A DNA stretch of 64,000 nucleotides from an uncultured archaeon (GCA_938048735.1 CALIUM010000005.1:5525-69524), one strand, 5' to 3'; shown: positions 18,759 to 28,585, numbered from the stretch's first letter. Numbers and translations: made by a program. The notes: generated by a model from the letters alone, not told the origin.

Positions 18759-19331
18759 TCAGCTTCTACTTCTGAGGTTGAAGGGTTTACCATCCTCCAC
18801 AATATTGATGGGAATTAATCTCCTCCACTTCTCCATCCAGGATAGGTCCCTATCCTTATCCCTCAACTCGTCTGGTAGCAGCTCCGGTATCGTCTCCACA
18901 GCCGAGCCTATGGGATACCATCTGCCACATCTTGTACATACAAGGAGGCCTTCATTCACTTCTATCAGGTTGAGAAACCTATAGAGCACATCGATCTCCC
19001 TCCCGAAACCTCTGAGGAGTTCATCCTCAGAGATCTCTCCCAAAGCCTCCAATCGGCCTATCGCCTCAATCGCCTTTTCAAGGAGGAGCTTCGAATACTC
19101 ACTTTCAGTGAGATCCCTGATGGCCCTTATGGCTGGAGGGCTTATGGTCCCATCCCTTATCTGCTTAGCTAGGTGTCCATATCCCTTCCTGAAGTGATGG
19201 GATACCTCCCCTGCTCCCAACGATATCGTCTTCATATTTTGGTCGTCTGTCTCCCATGTGAAGAAGTAGGCCTCTAGAGGATGATGCTTATCCATCGGGC
19301 ATGCTAGGATATTTAGGAGCCAGGGCCTCAT
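18759..19331 (-). CDS. Trm112-like domain protein with internal insertion
   Basis: N-terminus LLNILACPMDKHHPLE and C-terminus LLVCTRCGRWYPIGSAVETIPELL match the two halves of the Trm112 zinc-ribbon motif. They are separated by a ~110 aa helical insert. Confidence 0.5.
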   Translation of the reverse strand: MRPWLLNILACPMDKHHPLEAYFFTWETDDQNMKTISLGAGEVSHHFRKGYGHLAKQIRDGTISPPAIRAIRDLTESEYSKLLLEKAIEAIGRLEALGEISEDELLRGFGREIDVLYRFLNLIEVNEGLLVCTRCGRWYPIGSAVETIPELLPDELRDKDRDLSWMEKWRRLIPINIVEDGKPFNLRSRS

Positions 19332-19459
19332 TATCTCACGATATAGATTGTTTTCGATACATAAAAGACTATTCTAACTCAACCTGTTCTGATTGGGTGG
19401 AATACCTCCATTTTATGGGATTTAGTAATCATAAACATAGGCGGTTTAGGGCAGAGGAT

Positions 19460-20743
19460 CTATCCTAATTTTACTTCTCCCTTCAGCCGTCTTACGATCT
19501 CCTGTGCCCTGTCGAAACGTATCTCTCCGGATTCTACCAGTAGGTCGACGGCCTTATCAATCATCTCCCCCTCTGCCCCTGCCATGATTATGAGGTTTCT
19601 CGCGTGGAGCCTCATATGCCCCTTCTGGATCCCCTCTTGGACTAGGGCCCTAAGGGCCCCTAGGTTCTGGGCAAGTCCAACTGCCGCCATTACCTCGGCG
19701 AGCTCCCTAGCGGAGGAGATGCCGAGAATCTTTAGGGCTGTTCTGGCTATGGGATGGGTTCTCGTGGCCCCCCCCACCGTGCCGACGGCCATGGGCATCT
19801 CTAGAAAGCCCACAAGGTCTCCTTCCCCGTTCTTCGACCATCTGCTGAGGGATCGGTACTGCCCATCCCTTGCAGCGTAGGCGTGAGCCCCAGCCTCGAG
19901 AGCCCTGTGATCCTGAGCGGTGGCGAGGGCTACCGCTATGACGCCGTTCATTATACCCTTATTATTCGTTGCAGCCCTGTAGGGGTCGGCGTCGGCGAAG
20001 GCCCAGGCCTTCACTATGTCATCCACCACCCTCTCCCCTCCGATGTCCTCTTTTCTAACCAGAGCCTCAGCCCTGACGAGCCTCCGGTCGGCCAGGTTGG
20101 AGATTATACGGAGCAGAACCCTTCCCCCCGTGATATCTTCGACGTAGGGGGCTAATGATTCACATATGGTGTTGACGGCGTTAGCTCCCATGGCATCCCT
20201 GCAGTCCACTAGAACATGGATGATGAGCATCCTCCCCGCCTCCGTCTCAATGACGCGGGTCTCGATATCCCTGGCACCACCCCCAAGCCTCACGAGCACC
20301 GGGTCCTTAGAGTTGGCTATCTCAAGAAGCTTGGGCTTAGCCATCAATATGGCCCTCTCAGCCTTCTCCATGTCGGGTACTTCCACGACCTGTATCTGAC
20401 CTATCATTATCGGCTCGCTGCTCCAAGCCCTTATCCCATCACCCTCCCTCATCAGCCTGGCCATGTTGCTGGCCGCCGCTACGACGGAGGGCTCCTCAAG
20501 AACCATGGGGACCAGGTAGTCCCGCCCGTTAATTCTGAAGTTTACAGCTACCGCGAAGGGGTAAGCCATGGTCCCTATTACGTTCTCGATCATCCTATCC
20601 GCGACCTCTAGGGTGAGGCCTCCACCTGATCTTAGATTCTCCATCTCCTCAGTCGATAGACCTGCCCTCGATGCTATTATCTTGAGCCTCTCCTCAAGTC
20701 CAAGCCTGTAGAAACCGGATATGCGACTTGAAAGCTCAGCCAA
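19460..20743 (-). CDS. hmgA: 3-hydroxy-3-methylglutaryl-CoA reductase
   Basis: Motifs DAMGANAVNT and GTVGG, 427 aa. This is the mevalonate pathway, as expected for archaeal lipid synthesis. Confidence 0.85.
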   Translation of the reverse strand: MAELSSRISGFYRLGLEERLKIIASRAGLSTEEMENLRSGGGLTLEVADRMIENVIGTMAYPFAVAVNFRINGRDYLVPMVLEEPSVVAAASNMARLMREGDGIRAWSSEPIMIGQIQVVEVPDMEKAERAILMAKPKLLEIANSKDPVLVRLGGGARDIETRVIETEAGRMLIIHVLVDCRDAMGANAVNTICESLAPYVEDITGGRVLLRIISNLADRRLVRAEALVRKEDIGGERVVDDIVKAWAFADADPYRAATNNKGIMNGVIAVALATAQDHRALEAGAHAYAARDGQYRSLSRWSKNGEGDLVGFLEMPMAVGTVGGATRTHPIARTALKILGISSARELAEVMAAVGLAQNLGALRALVQEGIQKGHMRLHARNLIIMAGAEGEMIDKAVDLLVESGEIRFDRAQEIVRRLKGEVKLG

Positions 20744-20883
20744 GTCCTTTAACGCTCCTTTATTACATTAAAGGTGGAGACAATTTTATTTAAAATTACC
20801 TAGGATATCTGATTTATACTTCAAGGGTCTCTATTCGTGGAGTCAAGGCTCAACGGGTAAAAGGGGAGAAGAGCTGGCCTGAC

Positions 20884-21357
20884 ATGGAGGTGCGTTTAAA
20901 ACTCGTAAGCGTGGGAGGGACCTTCGACGCCCTTCATATCGGACATCACGCCCTGCTCCTCGAGGCCTTCAATGTCGCCGATAGGGTCATAATAGGTTTG
21001 ACCTCCGACGAGTTCGCTAGGGAGATGCATAAGGATCACCATATAGACTGCTATGAGAAGAGGCTTAGGGAGCTTAAGCAATTCCTCTCAGAGAATGGCC
21101 TCCTGGAGAGGGCTGAGATAATACCACTCGACGACCCGTATGGGCCGACAATAGATAGTGAGGAGATGGAGGGCATAGTGGTTAGCGAGGAGACGGAGTG
21201 GAGGGCCGAGGAGATAAACCAGCTCAGAACCAAGAGGGGGTTGAAGCCCCTCCTCATCTTCTGCATCAAGATGGTCCTAGCAGAGGATGGTAAACCGGTC
21301 TCGAGCACAAGGATCAGGAGGCAGGAGGTGGACAGATTCGGTAGGCTCATCGGCTAA
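20884..21357 (+). CDS. coaD: archaeal-type phosphopantetheine adenylyltransferase
   Basis: Cytidylyltransferase motif GGTFDALHIGH at the N-terminus, 157 aa. Confidence 0.8.
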   Translation: MEVRLKLVSVGGTFDALHIGHHALLLEAFNVADRVIIGLTSDEFAREMHKDHHIDCYEKRLRELKQFLSENGLLERAEIIPLDDPYGPTIDSEEMEGIVVSEETEWRAEEINQLRTKRGLKPLLIFCIKMVLAEDGKPVSSTRIRRQEVDRFGRLIG

Positions 21358-21375
21358 AGGAGGGTCCAGGGCTGG

Positions 21376-22545
21376 ATGATGGAGAGGCATCTCAGAAGAC
21401 TGAAAGATGACGAACCCCATATGATAGATTTTCTGAGGAGGCTGATAAAGACGCCGAGCCTCTCAGGGCACGAGGAAGAACTAGCTGAACTCATCGTCGA
21501 GGAGATGGAACTCCTCGGGTACGATGTCACAGTGGATGAGATGGGGAACGTGATAGGGATTCTAGGGGAGGGGGAGAGGCCAGTAATATTCGACGGTCAT
21601 ATGGATCACGTCTCGGAGGGCTCACCGGAAAGCTGGAGCCATCCACCCTACGAGGCGGAGATCGATGGGGACATGATCTATGGACGGGGAGCGGTCGATA
21701 TGAAGGCCTCCCTCGCGGCCATGATATACGGCTGCGCGGCCTCGGAGCCCGCTGAAAGGGTGGTCGTCACATGCGTGGTTCACGAGGAGACGAATGAGGG
21801 TGTAGCCCTGAGAGAGATAATCGAGAGGAGGGTGCCAAGGCCTGAGGCATGCATTTTAGGGGAGCCCACAGAACTGAAGCTGAGCATAGGTCAGAGGGGT
21901 AGAGCCGTTTTCAAGATAACCACCCGTGGTTTGACGAGCCACGCCAGTATGCCTGAGCTGGGTGTGAACTCCATATATCGAATGATCCCTGTGATCGAAA
22001 GGTTGAGGCAGGCGAATGAGAAACTGCCTAGGGATCCGTTTCTAGGCGCTGGCTCAATGGCCGTGACCGGGATAAGAAGCAGCCCAGAGGGGCCAGTAGT
22101 TCCAGATCTATGCGAGATACTGGTGGATAGGAGGCTCATACCAGAGGAGAGGCTGGAGCGGGTTCTCGAGGAGATGAAGGGTCTGGCTCCCGAAGCCGAG
22201 GTCGAGCTGATGGTTGATGAGATGACATGTTACACAGGGCTTCGAGTAGCTGTCCAGCAGTACTTCCCCGGATGGCTCACAAATCCCGAGAACCGGCTGG
22301 TAACCCTATGCCTAGAGACTTTGGAGGCTTCGTTGGGGTATAGGCCTGAAACGGCCGTTTGGAGGTTCAGCACAGACGGTGTCGCTACAGCTGGGACGCT
22401 GGGTATCCCGACTATTGGCTTCGGCCCAGGAGATCCATCTCTTGCCCATAGGCCGGATGAGAGGGTCTCCCTTACCGATGTTAAGGCGGCTGCTCGGGGA
22501 TTCTGCGCCCTCTCACTCAGGCTTCAAGGAATATCCCTATCCTAA
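21376..22545 (+). CDS. M20 family metallopeptidase/deacylase (ArgE/DapE/LysK-like)
   Basis: Conserved metal-ligand pattern HxD...D...EE...E...H typical of M20 peptidases, 389 aa. Confidence 0.7.
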   Translation: MMERHLRRLKDDEPHMIDFLRRLIKTPSLSGHEEELAELIVEEMELLGYDVTVDEMGNVIGILGEGERPVIFDGHMDHVSEGSPESWSHPPYEAEIDGDMIYGRGAVDMKASLAAMIYGCAASEPAERVVVTCVVHEETNEGVALREIIERRVPRPEACILGEPTELKLSIGQRGRAVFKITTRGLTSHASMPELGVNSIYRMIPVIERLRQANEKLPRDPFLGAGSMAVTGIRSSPEGPVVPDLCEILVDRRLIPEERLERVLEEMKGLAPEAEVELMVDEMTCYTGLRVAVQQYFPGWLTNPENRLVTLCLETLEASLGYRPETAVWRFSTDGVATAGTLGIPTIGFGPGDPSLAHRPDERVSLTDVKAAARGFCALSLRLQGISLS

Positions 22546-22692
22546 GAGGGAGGCCGTCCAGACCTAGGGTTTCATGGTTTAATTCACATCTGAGATAGGC
22601 CGACCCCGCCTCTTTCGATATCATCCTCTTATCACAGAGTCGAGGCTGAGAGACAAGTTTATCAGTTAACCCCTCAATAATTATTAATTATT

Positions 22693-23805
22693 ATGTTGAG
22701 TGGGGCTTTCGCCGTTCTCCCTCTTCACCATGGCAGAGCACCTAGATGGCTCTTCAGCAGGATGGTGAAGCTCGCAGGTTGCATCGTTGAGATAATAATC
22801 CATGAGTACGGCGTTCGGGGCCTCTTGGAACGCCTATCAGATCCCTGGTTCTTTCAATCTCTGAGCTGCGTCCTCGGGTACGACTGGCATTCCAGCGGGA
22901 CCACAACGGTTACCTGCGGAGCCTTGAAGGAGGCCCTGAGGCCCGGGGACTACGGGGTGGCCATTGCCGGTGGGAAGGGGAGGGCCTCGATGAGGGCCCC
23001 CTCGGAGATCGACGAGCTGGGTTTGGGGATGGGGTTGAGTACAAGGAAGCTTGATGGGTTGAAGTATGCCAGCCGAATGGCGGCCAAGGTGGACAACGCG
23101 CTCATCCAAGATGGCTATACTCTCTATCACCACTCCTTCATCTTCGATGAGAGGGGGGACTGGATCGTTATCCAGCAAGGGATGAATGAAAAGGAGGGGA
23201 ATGCCCGGAGATATCACTGGCCTTTGGAGCACAAAAGCCTAGTGGAGGAGCCCCACAACGCCATCCTATGCGACAAGAGGCTTCCAACAGTCCTGGATAT
23301 GACCTCCATCAAGAGCAGGGGGAACAGGATGGCATCCCTCGACATAGCAAGGGATGGGCCTAAACGCCTCAAAGGCCTGCTAAGAGTTGAGGCCCCCATT
23401 GGCCAGGGAACCCTAGACGACTGGTCCGAGGGTCGAAAGGCCCTTGTGATGCCCTCAACGATCAACTGGGAGGCCTTGAAGAAAGCCTACGAGTTCCAGC
23501 CTGAGAGTTATGAGGAGCTGATCTCGATAAGGGGTTTGGGCCCCTCGACGGTGAGGGGGCTCGCGCTCATAGCTGAGCTGATATATGGTGAGAGGCCGAG
23601 CTGGAGTGACCCCGTCAGGTTCAGCTTCGCCTTCGGGGGCAAGGATGGCGTCCCTTTCCCTGTGGATAGGCGGGCCATGGATGAAGCTGTAGATGTGCTG
23701 AAGACAGGGATCCTGAGTTCATACCTGAAGAGGGAGGAGAAGCTGAGGGCTCTGGAGAGGCTCAGGAGGTGCGTTCCTCCAGTTAGAAGCTCTAAGCTGA
23801 TCTGA
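22693..23805 (+). CDS. DUF763 family protein
   Basis: 370 aa. The N-terminal pattern AxLPLHHGRAPxWL and overall length match the archaeal DUF763 family. Confidence 0.55.
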   Translation: MLSGAFAVLPLHHGRAPRWLFSRMVKLAGCIVEIIIHEYGVRGLLERLSDPWFFQSLSCVLGYDWHSSGTTTVTCGALKEALRPGDYGVAIAGGKGRASMRAPSEIDELGLGMGLSTRKLDGLKYASRMAAKVDNALIQDGYTLYHHSFIFDERGDWIVIQQGMNEKEGNARRYHWPLEHKSLVEEPHNAILCDKRLPTVLDMTSIKSRGNRMASLDIARDGPKRLKGLLRVEAPIGQGTLDDWSEGRKALVMPSTINWEALKKAYEFQPESYEELISIRGLGPSTVRGLALIAELIYGERPSWSDPVRFSFAFGGKDGVPFPVDRRAMDEAVDVLKTGILSSYLKREEKLRALERLRRCVPPVRSSKLI

Positions 23806-24082
23806 GTGCCATGGCTAGAACATGGGCGAAGTCCTCAGGCGTTCCGCCAACTATGGAAGTCCCCTTAGCCTTGAAGTAGGAGATCACAGCTTCCCTAGCT
23901 CCATCGGGGTTAGCCTCTATGCCGATAAGCCTGTTTTCAAGCTCTTCGAGGTCCTCCTCCGGCGTCATGAAGAAGTCCCCGGTGAACCTCACGAATTTGA
24001 CCTTTCCATTCACGACCTCAACCCTCGCCCTTATGAGTTTGCCTCCGGGGACCTTGAACTCCGCTTTACCCACCCTTTTCAC
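23792..24082 (-). CDS. lplB: lipoate-protein ligase C-terminal domain protein
   Basis: 96 aa stand-alone LplA C-terminal-domain homolog located immediately downstream of the lplA catalytic-domain gene. The split arrangement is known from Thermoplasma. Confidence 0.6.
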   Translation of the reverse strand: MKRVGKAEFKVPGGKLIRARVEVVNGKVKFVRFTGDFFMTPEEDLEELENRLIGIEANPDGAREAVISYFKAKGTSIVGGTPEDFAHVLAMALRSA

Positions 24083-24843
24083 CTCCTATAGATCCATTCA
24101 GGGGAGGAGTACTTCTCCCTCAACTCCCTTGCCAGCTCCTCCTCATATCTGGAAAGTCTTCCGGGCACCAGCTCAACTTTGAGGGCTCTCTTGAACCCCT
24201 CAAACATCGCATCTCTCACTTCCCTTAAGGAGACCTCCCTTCCTAGCTCTCTGCGTATGGTTGTGACCCTCTCCTCAGCCTCCTTCAACATCTTATCCCT
24301 GAGCTTCTCCTCGGATATCCTGAGAACCCTTGCCATGAGGTGGGGATCGAAGTCTATGAGGAGGGTTCCATGATGGAGCACAACACCGTACTTCCTGACC
24401 TGTGCATTTCCCGATATCTTTCTACCCTTAACAACTATGTCGTTTATGGGTTTGAACTCCGCCTTCAGGCCGAGGATGGACAGACCCTCTATAAGCCCTC
24501 CGCATAGAACCCTATAGGACTCCATGATGCCACCCGCTATCCTCGGGTCGTCGCCTCCAATAACTATTGTATAGGTGAAGACCCCTCCACTGCTATTCAG
24601 TACGGCCCCCCCACCGCTTATCCTCCTCACTATATCGATCCCTTGCCTCTTACACTCCTCCTGATCTACCTCCTCCTCAACGCTCTGGAAGAAGCCTATT
24701 ATGACCGCTGAAGGCCTCCACATATAGAACCTTAAGGTGTTAGGAGCCCTCTCCTCACCCCTGGCCTTGGCTATAGCCTCATCTACAGCCATGTTCCAAT
24801 ATCCATCCGCTTCCTCCAGATCCAGAAACCTCCAGACCTCCAT
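24079..24843 (-). CDS. lplA: lipoate-protein ligase A, catalytic domain
   Basis: BPL/LPL catalytic domain with the lipoyl-AMP binding lysine region (GRKISGNAQ), 254 aa. Confidence 0.8.
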   Translation of the reverse strand: MEVWRFLDLEEADGYWNMAVDEAIAKARGEERAPNTLRFYMWRPSAVIIGFFQSVEEEVDQEECKRQGIDIVRRISGGGAVLNSSGGVFTYTIVIGGDDPRIAGGIMESYRVLCGGLIEGLSILGLKAEFKPINDIVVKGRKISGNAQVRKYGVVLHHGTLLIDFDPHLMARVLRISEEKLRDKMLKEAEERVTTIRRELGREVSLREVRDAMFEGFKRALKVELVPGRLSRYEEELARELREKYSSPEWIYRR

Positions 24844-24885
24844 CAGATCCGCTCCACCTTTCCTGATAGAATCTTTATAAATGAA

Positions 24886-25515
24886 TTAAAAACTAGCGGC
24901 CTCAGTAAGTTTATCGTATCTCTCCTTTACCTCAGACATCTTCCCGCAGGAGAACCTTCCCTCTGGGCAGTAACCGAGCTGGTAGCAGTATGGCCCGAGG
25001 GGTGGTAGTATTGGATCCGCTGACCTGATCTTCAGAAGCATCATATCCGCCAGGGTTCTTATCTCCCATTGGGCCCTCAAACAGCATCTCAGGCCGAAGA
25101 AATGCTTGAGGGCTAAGCCGTTCATCGTGACCAGCAGGTTCGTAGTTGTGGCGTTAGGAAGCACAAACCTGGCATCCTCACCTGGAACCCCAAGTTCCAC
25201 TAGTTTCACATACAACTCCCCAGCCTTATCGATGAACTCCATATAGGGCTGGAGGGCCCTCTCCCTAATGCTCTCAGGTAATACAACATGCTCCCTAAGC
25301 CTCTTAACCTTGACAAATCGCTGACTCTGCTGGGTGAATGAGGCTGTCCTGTGTCTGATAAGCTGATGAGAACAGGCTCGGCTTATCCCCTCAACCGAGA
25401 AGGTGAAGGAGATGTGGGGTAGAAGCAGCTCAGGAGGCGGGCATGCCAAACCCAATCCCTTAAGGGCTTCGAGGAGCCGCCCCGTGGAAAGGTAGCTCAG
25501 TAGCTCCACCCTCAA
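24886..25515 (-). CDS. thyX: FAD-dependent thymidylate synthase ThyX (core, with shortened N-terminus)
   Basis: ThyX signature RHRTASFTQQSQR (RHRxxSxxxxSxR) and downstream ARFVLPN...AQWEIR block. It lacks the HxSxxEH element normally preceding the FTF strand. Confidence 0.75.
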   Translation of the reverse strand: MRVELLSYLSTGRLLEALKGLGLACPPPELLLPHISFTFSVEGISRACSHQLIRHRTASFTQQSQRFVKVKRLREHVVLPESIRERALQPYMEFIDKAGELYVKLVELGVPGEDARFVLPNATTTNLLVTMNGLALKHFFGLRCCLRAQWEIRTLADMMLLKIRSADPILPPLGPYCYQLGYCPEGRFSCGKMSEVKERYDKLTEAASF

Positions 25516-25928
25516 GGCTGAGCCCCCTTAAAGCCCTCGGTGAGTTTAGGTACGACGACCCTCATCGTCTCCATCAGGGCCTCTGAGAATGCATCCCTAT
25601 GCCTCTGGACATATCTCAGAGCTGTCCTGAGATTTGAACTCAAAAGCCAATTTGACCCCCCTAGAGGGGTTACGTAGAAGAAATGGCTTTTCATGAGGAT
25701 CTCCAGAACCTCATCCTTAGACGCCTCTAGGAGCCAGCATAGCTGATTGTGCTCGAGGAGGCTCCCGTGGTGTAGCTCAACCCTATTTAAAATGGCTCTC
25801 AATTTCTCAGGATCCCGCAATAGGCGGCGATAAATATCTATCGGGTTTGATGGGGTGGAGGTTGTCAGTAGAGCCGTCGCTATGATGACCTCGATATCCT
25901 GGGTATATGATAACAGTCTCAGCCTCAA
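25512..25928 (-). CDS. ThyX N-terminal-like fragment or paralog
   Basis: 138 aa. It begins like ThyX (RLRLLSYTQD...) and contains the HHGSLLEH element missing from the downstream ORF. ATGA-coupled to thyX. Confidence 0.5.
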   Translation of the reverse strand: MRLRLLSYTQDIEVIIATALLTTSTPSNPIDIYRRLLRDPEKLRAILNRVELHHGSLLEHNQLCWLLEASKDEVLEILMKSHFFYVTPLGGSNWLLSSNLRTALRYVQRHRDAFSEALMETMRVVVPKLTEGFKGAQP

Positions 25929-26085
25929 TCCAGCCTACCTATACAACCAATGCTTCCCCAACTATAAAATCTGAGGGGGGTCTCACCTGGGGTCAAGCTC
26001 CACGATCACTCAATTGAATGAAGAGAAGTTCCGGAGAACCTTTAAAAGCATCCACATATAAACTAGCAGTTGGTGCAGAGTTATC

Positions 26086-26673
26086 ATGTCTCTGGATGAC
26101 TGGTTCAGGAGGTTTTGGCGCCGACGCCCCTTCTTCTTCCCAGATATTGAGAGGATGGTGGAGGACATGGAGAGGGAGATATCTGAGATGTTCAAGGAGA
26201 TGGAGAGGATGATCCCCCAGGACATGATTAGAGAGTTCCAATTGCCCGATGGGACGGTGAGGAGGGAGTATGGCCCCTTCGTATATGGATACTCCATGAA
26301 GATTGGGCCTGATGGTAGGCCCATAATAAGGGAGTTCGGTAACATAAAGCCCTCTCTTGGTGTTGGGGGGCGTCCGCCGCTTAACTTGCAAGAGCAGAGG
26401 GAGCCTCTTGTCGATGTTATAGATGAGGCGGAGAGGGTGAGGGTGATCGCAGAGCTTCCCGGTGTTGAGAAAGAGGACATAAACCTCTACGCCACATCGA
26501 GCACGCTCACGATATCCGTAGATACCCCTCAGAGAAAATACTATAAGGAGCTTGAGTTACCAGTGGAGGTGGATGAATCCTCTGCAAAATCTACGTATAA
26601 AAACGGCATACTAGAAGTTATATTCAATAAGAAAAAAGAAAGAAAGATGGGAAAACCAATAAAAATAGAATGA
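26086..26673 (+). CDS. small heat shock protein (Hsp20/alpha-crystallin family) with extended N-terminus
   Basis: Alpha-crystallin domain PLVDVIDEAERVRVIAELPGVEKEDINL...TYKNGILEV, 195 aa. Confidence 0.8.
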   Translation: MSLDDWFRRFWRRRPFFFPDIERMVEDMEREISEMFKEMERMIPQDMIREFQLPDGTVRREYGPFVYGYSMKIGPDGRPIIREFGNIKPSLGVGGRPPLNLQEQREPLVDVIDEAERVRVIAELPGVEKEDINLYATSSTLTISVDTPQRKYYKELELPVEVDESSAKSTYKNGILEVIFNKKKERKMGKPIKIE

Positions 26674-26786
26674 AATTTCAAATGCAACTGATTTTCTAAT
26701 AATAAACCAAATTTTTCTAAAATGATTCTCATATACTTCAATCTGCCGTAGAAAACTATTTAATCATCTTTTCACATCCCCCTTTT

Positions 26787-26845
26787 GGCCGATGATGTGA
26801 AGGCATTAGGGCGAATCGATGAGCGATCAGAGTTAAGCTGAGGCC
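26787..26845 (+). ncRNA. candidate C/D-box sRNA
   Basis: Intergenic, with GGCC...GGCC terminal stem. It has a C box AUGAUGU (26792-26798), 12 nt guide, degenerate D' and C', second 12 nt guide, and D box CUGA (26838-26841). The spacing is typical of archaeal C/D sRNAs. Confidence 0.3.
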
Positions 26846-27061
26846 CCTTGTGAGGTTAATTTAAAATGCCGGACGCTCTATCCCAGCTGGTTTGATGTAT
26901 CCGTTCCCGCGCATTGAAAAAGAGAGTTATAATAATTTTCTAGTATTCAGAGTTGAGATTTTTTATCCTTTGTAAACGATGCAAAACTTTTTTATCTATT
27001 GGAATTTTCTTTCAAATTCTAATATCTTCTCTATATTTTATACAAAATTTTTTATATATAG

Positions 27062-28366
27062 TTGGTAAATGATTATTTGAGGCCTATGCAGGTCCTTGAG
27101 TGGGTTCTATCGGAGGCTGAGAGGGGCAGGGATGAGGTGGCCGAGCTCTGCTCAGGCTTGGTTAAGCTCAACTCAGCTCATCCTGAGGGGAGGACGGATG
27201 AGTGTGTCGCCTTCATTAAGGAGTATATGGATAGCCATGGAATCTACAATGAGGTCAGGAGTAGGAACCCACTGAAGCCCAATATCTTCGCGAGGGTTGA
27301 GGGCTCCTCTGGTAGGAAGATCCTATGGGTTGGACATCTGGATGTCGTTCCGGAGGGGAAGACCGAGTTCTGGAGGTATCCCCCCTACAGCGGAAGGATA
27401 ACCGAGGATGGACTGGTTTACGGCAGGGGGTCAAGCGACATGAAGGGAGCCTGCGCGGCGGCGATGGTCTCGGCGAGGATCCTCAGCGGGTTGAAGGGTG
27501 AACTCCCCAACACCGTTGAGTTCTGGTTCACCGCCGATGAGGAGATCGGAGGGGGGGACGGAGCTAGATGGCTCTCTGAGACTGGGCAGTTCAAGGGCGA
27601 CGTCTGCATCATCGGCGACGGAACAGGCGGAGGATACGAACTTCCGAGCATAGACATAGGATGCAAAGGAGGAGCCAGGACGAAGCTAATAGCGAGGGGA
27701 AGGACGGCTCATGGGAGCACGCCATTCCTCGGGGAGAACGCCATAAAGAGGCTGATAGAGGCGATCCCCTGGGTTGAGAGGATAGGGGAGTACAGGCTTG
27801 AGCTTCCAGCCGAGCTAGAGGAACCTATAAAGAACTCGATAGAGTTCCTCTTGAAGACTGAGAGGCTGTCAGAGGAGCAGAGGCTGGCAGCCATGAGGGC
27901 CTTCCATCACCCCACGGTGAGCTGTAACATGATCAGCGGGGGGGTCAAGATCAATGTCGTACCGGACTACGCTGAGGCGGAGTTCGATATTAGGTTGACA
28001 CCGGGGAGCAACGCGTGGAAGGTGAGGGATAGGATAAGGGAGCTCGTGGCAGAGGCTGGAGTGCCTGGAGTTGAGGTCGAGGTTAATGTACCAGAGACCG
28101 TTGGCTACTATGAGTCACCCAGCTCATCCTTCGCCCTCCAACTCTCCGAGACTATTGAAAGGGTTGTGGGCAAGAGGCCACTCTTCAAGATACTCACGGG
28201 TGGCACCGATGCCATAAGCATCAAGAGGTTCACCGGAATCCCCTGCCTAGGCTATGGAACCTCCCTAACTGGTAAGGCCCACCAGCCGGATGAGTACGTG
28301 ACCATCGAGAACCTAGTCTTAGGGATCAAGGTATACTCAGCCTTCCCCCTAATCTACAGGGGATAG
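27062..28366 (+). CDS. M20 family metallopeptidase/deacylase (second paralog)
   Basis: 434 aa with the M20 catalytic and dimerisation domain pattern (HLDVVP, ADEEIGG, GxxD...H). Confidence 0.7.
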   Translation: MVNDYLRPMQVLEWVLSEAERGRDEVAELCSGLVKLNSAHPEGRTDECVAFIKEYMDSHGIYNEVRSRNPLKPNIFARVEGSSGRKILWVGHLDVVPEGKTEFWRYPPYSGRITEDGLVYGRGSSDMKGACAAAMVSARILSGLKGELPNTVEFWFTADEEIGGGDGARWLSETGQFKGDVCIIGDGTGGGYELPSIDIGCKGGARTKLIARGRTAHGSTPFLGENAIKRLIEAIPWVERIGEYRLELPAELEEPIKNSIEFLLKTERLSEEQRLAAMRAFHHPTVSCNMISGGVKINVVPDYAEAEFDIRLTPGSNAWKVRDRIRELVAEAGVPGVEVEVNVPETVGYYESPSSSFALQLSETIERVVGKRPLFKILTGGTDAISIKRFTGIPCLGYGTSLTGKAHQPDEYVTIENLVLGIKVYSAFPLIYRG

Positions 28367-28585
28367 GCCAGGCAGAGAATCCTTGAGTGATATCTGATAG
28401 AAAAATCAAATGACTGTTCTCCCACACCTATTTTTGGAATTTAAGCGCTCTTACCCGTCTTCGGATCTATAGATCGATAGTTTGTTTATGATTTATTATT
28501 TCATTCCTAGAGGGTACTGTACTTTCCCGAAAAGATAAATTTTAAACCATGGGTCGAGCAGGAATTTAGCCAAGTTGAGGGGCCC

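Noticed and set aside
26766-26800. Inverted repeat TTCACATC…GATGTGAA considered as an Hsp20 terminator hairpin
   Set aside because: Archaeal termination is mainly oligo-T driven, and the segment is better explained as the 5' part of the candidate C/D-box sRNA, so it is not called separately.
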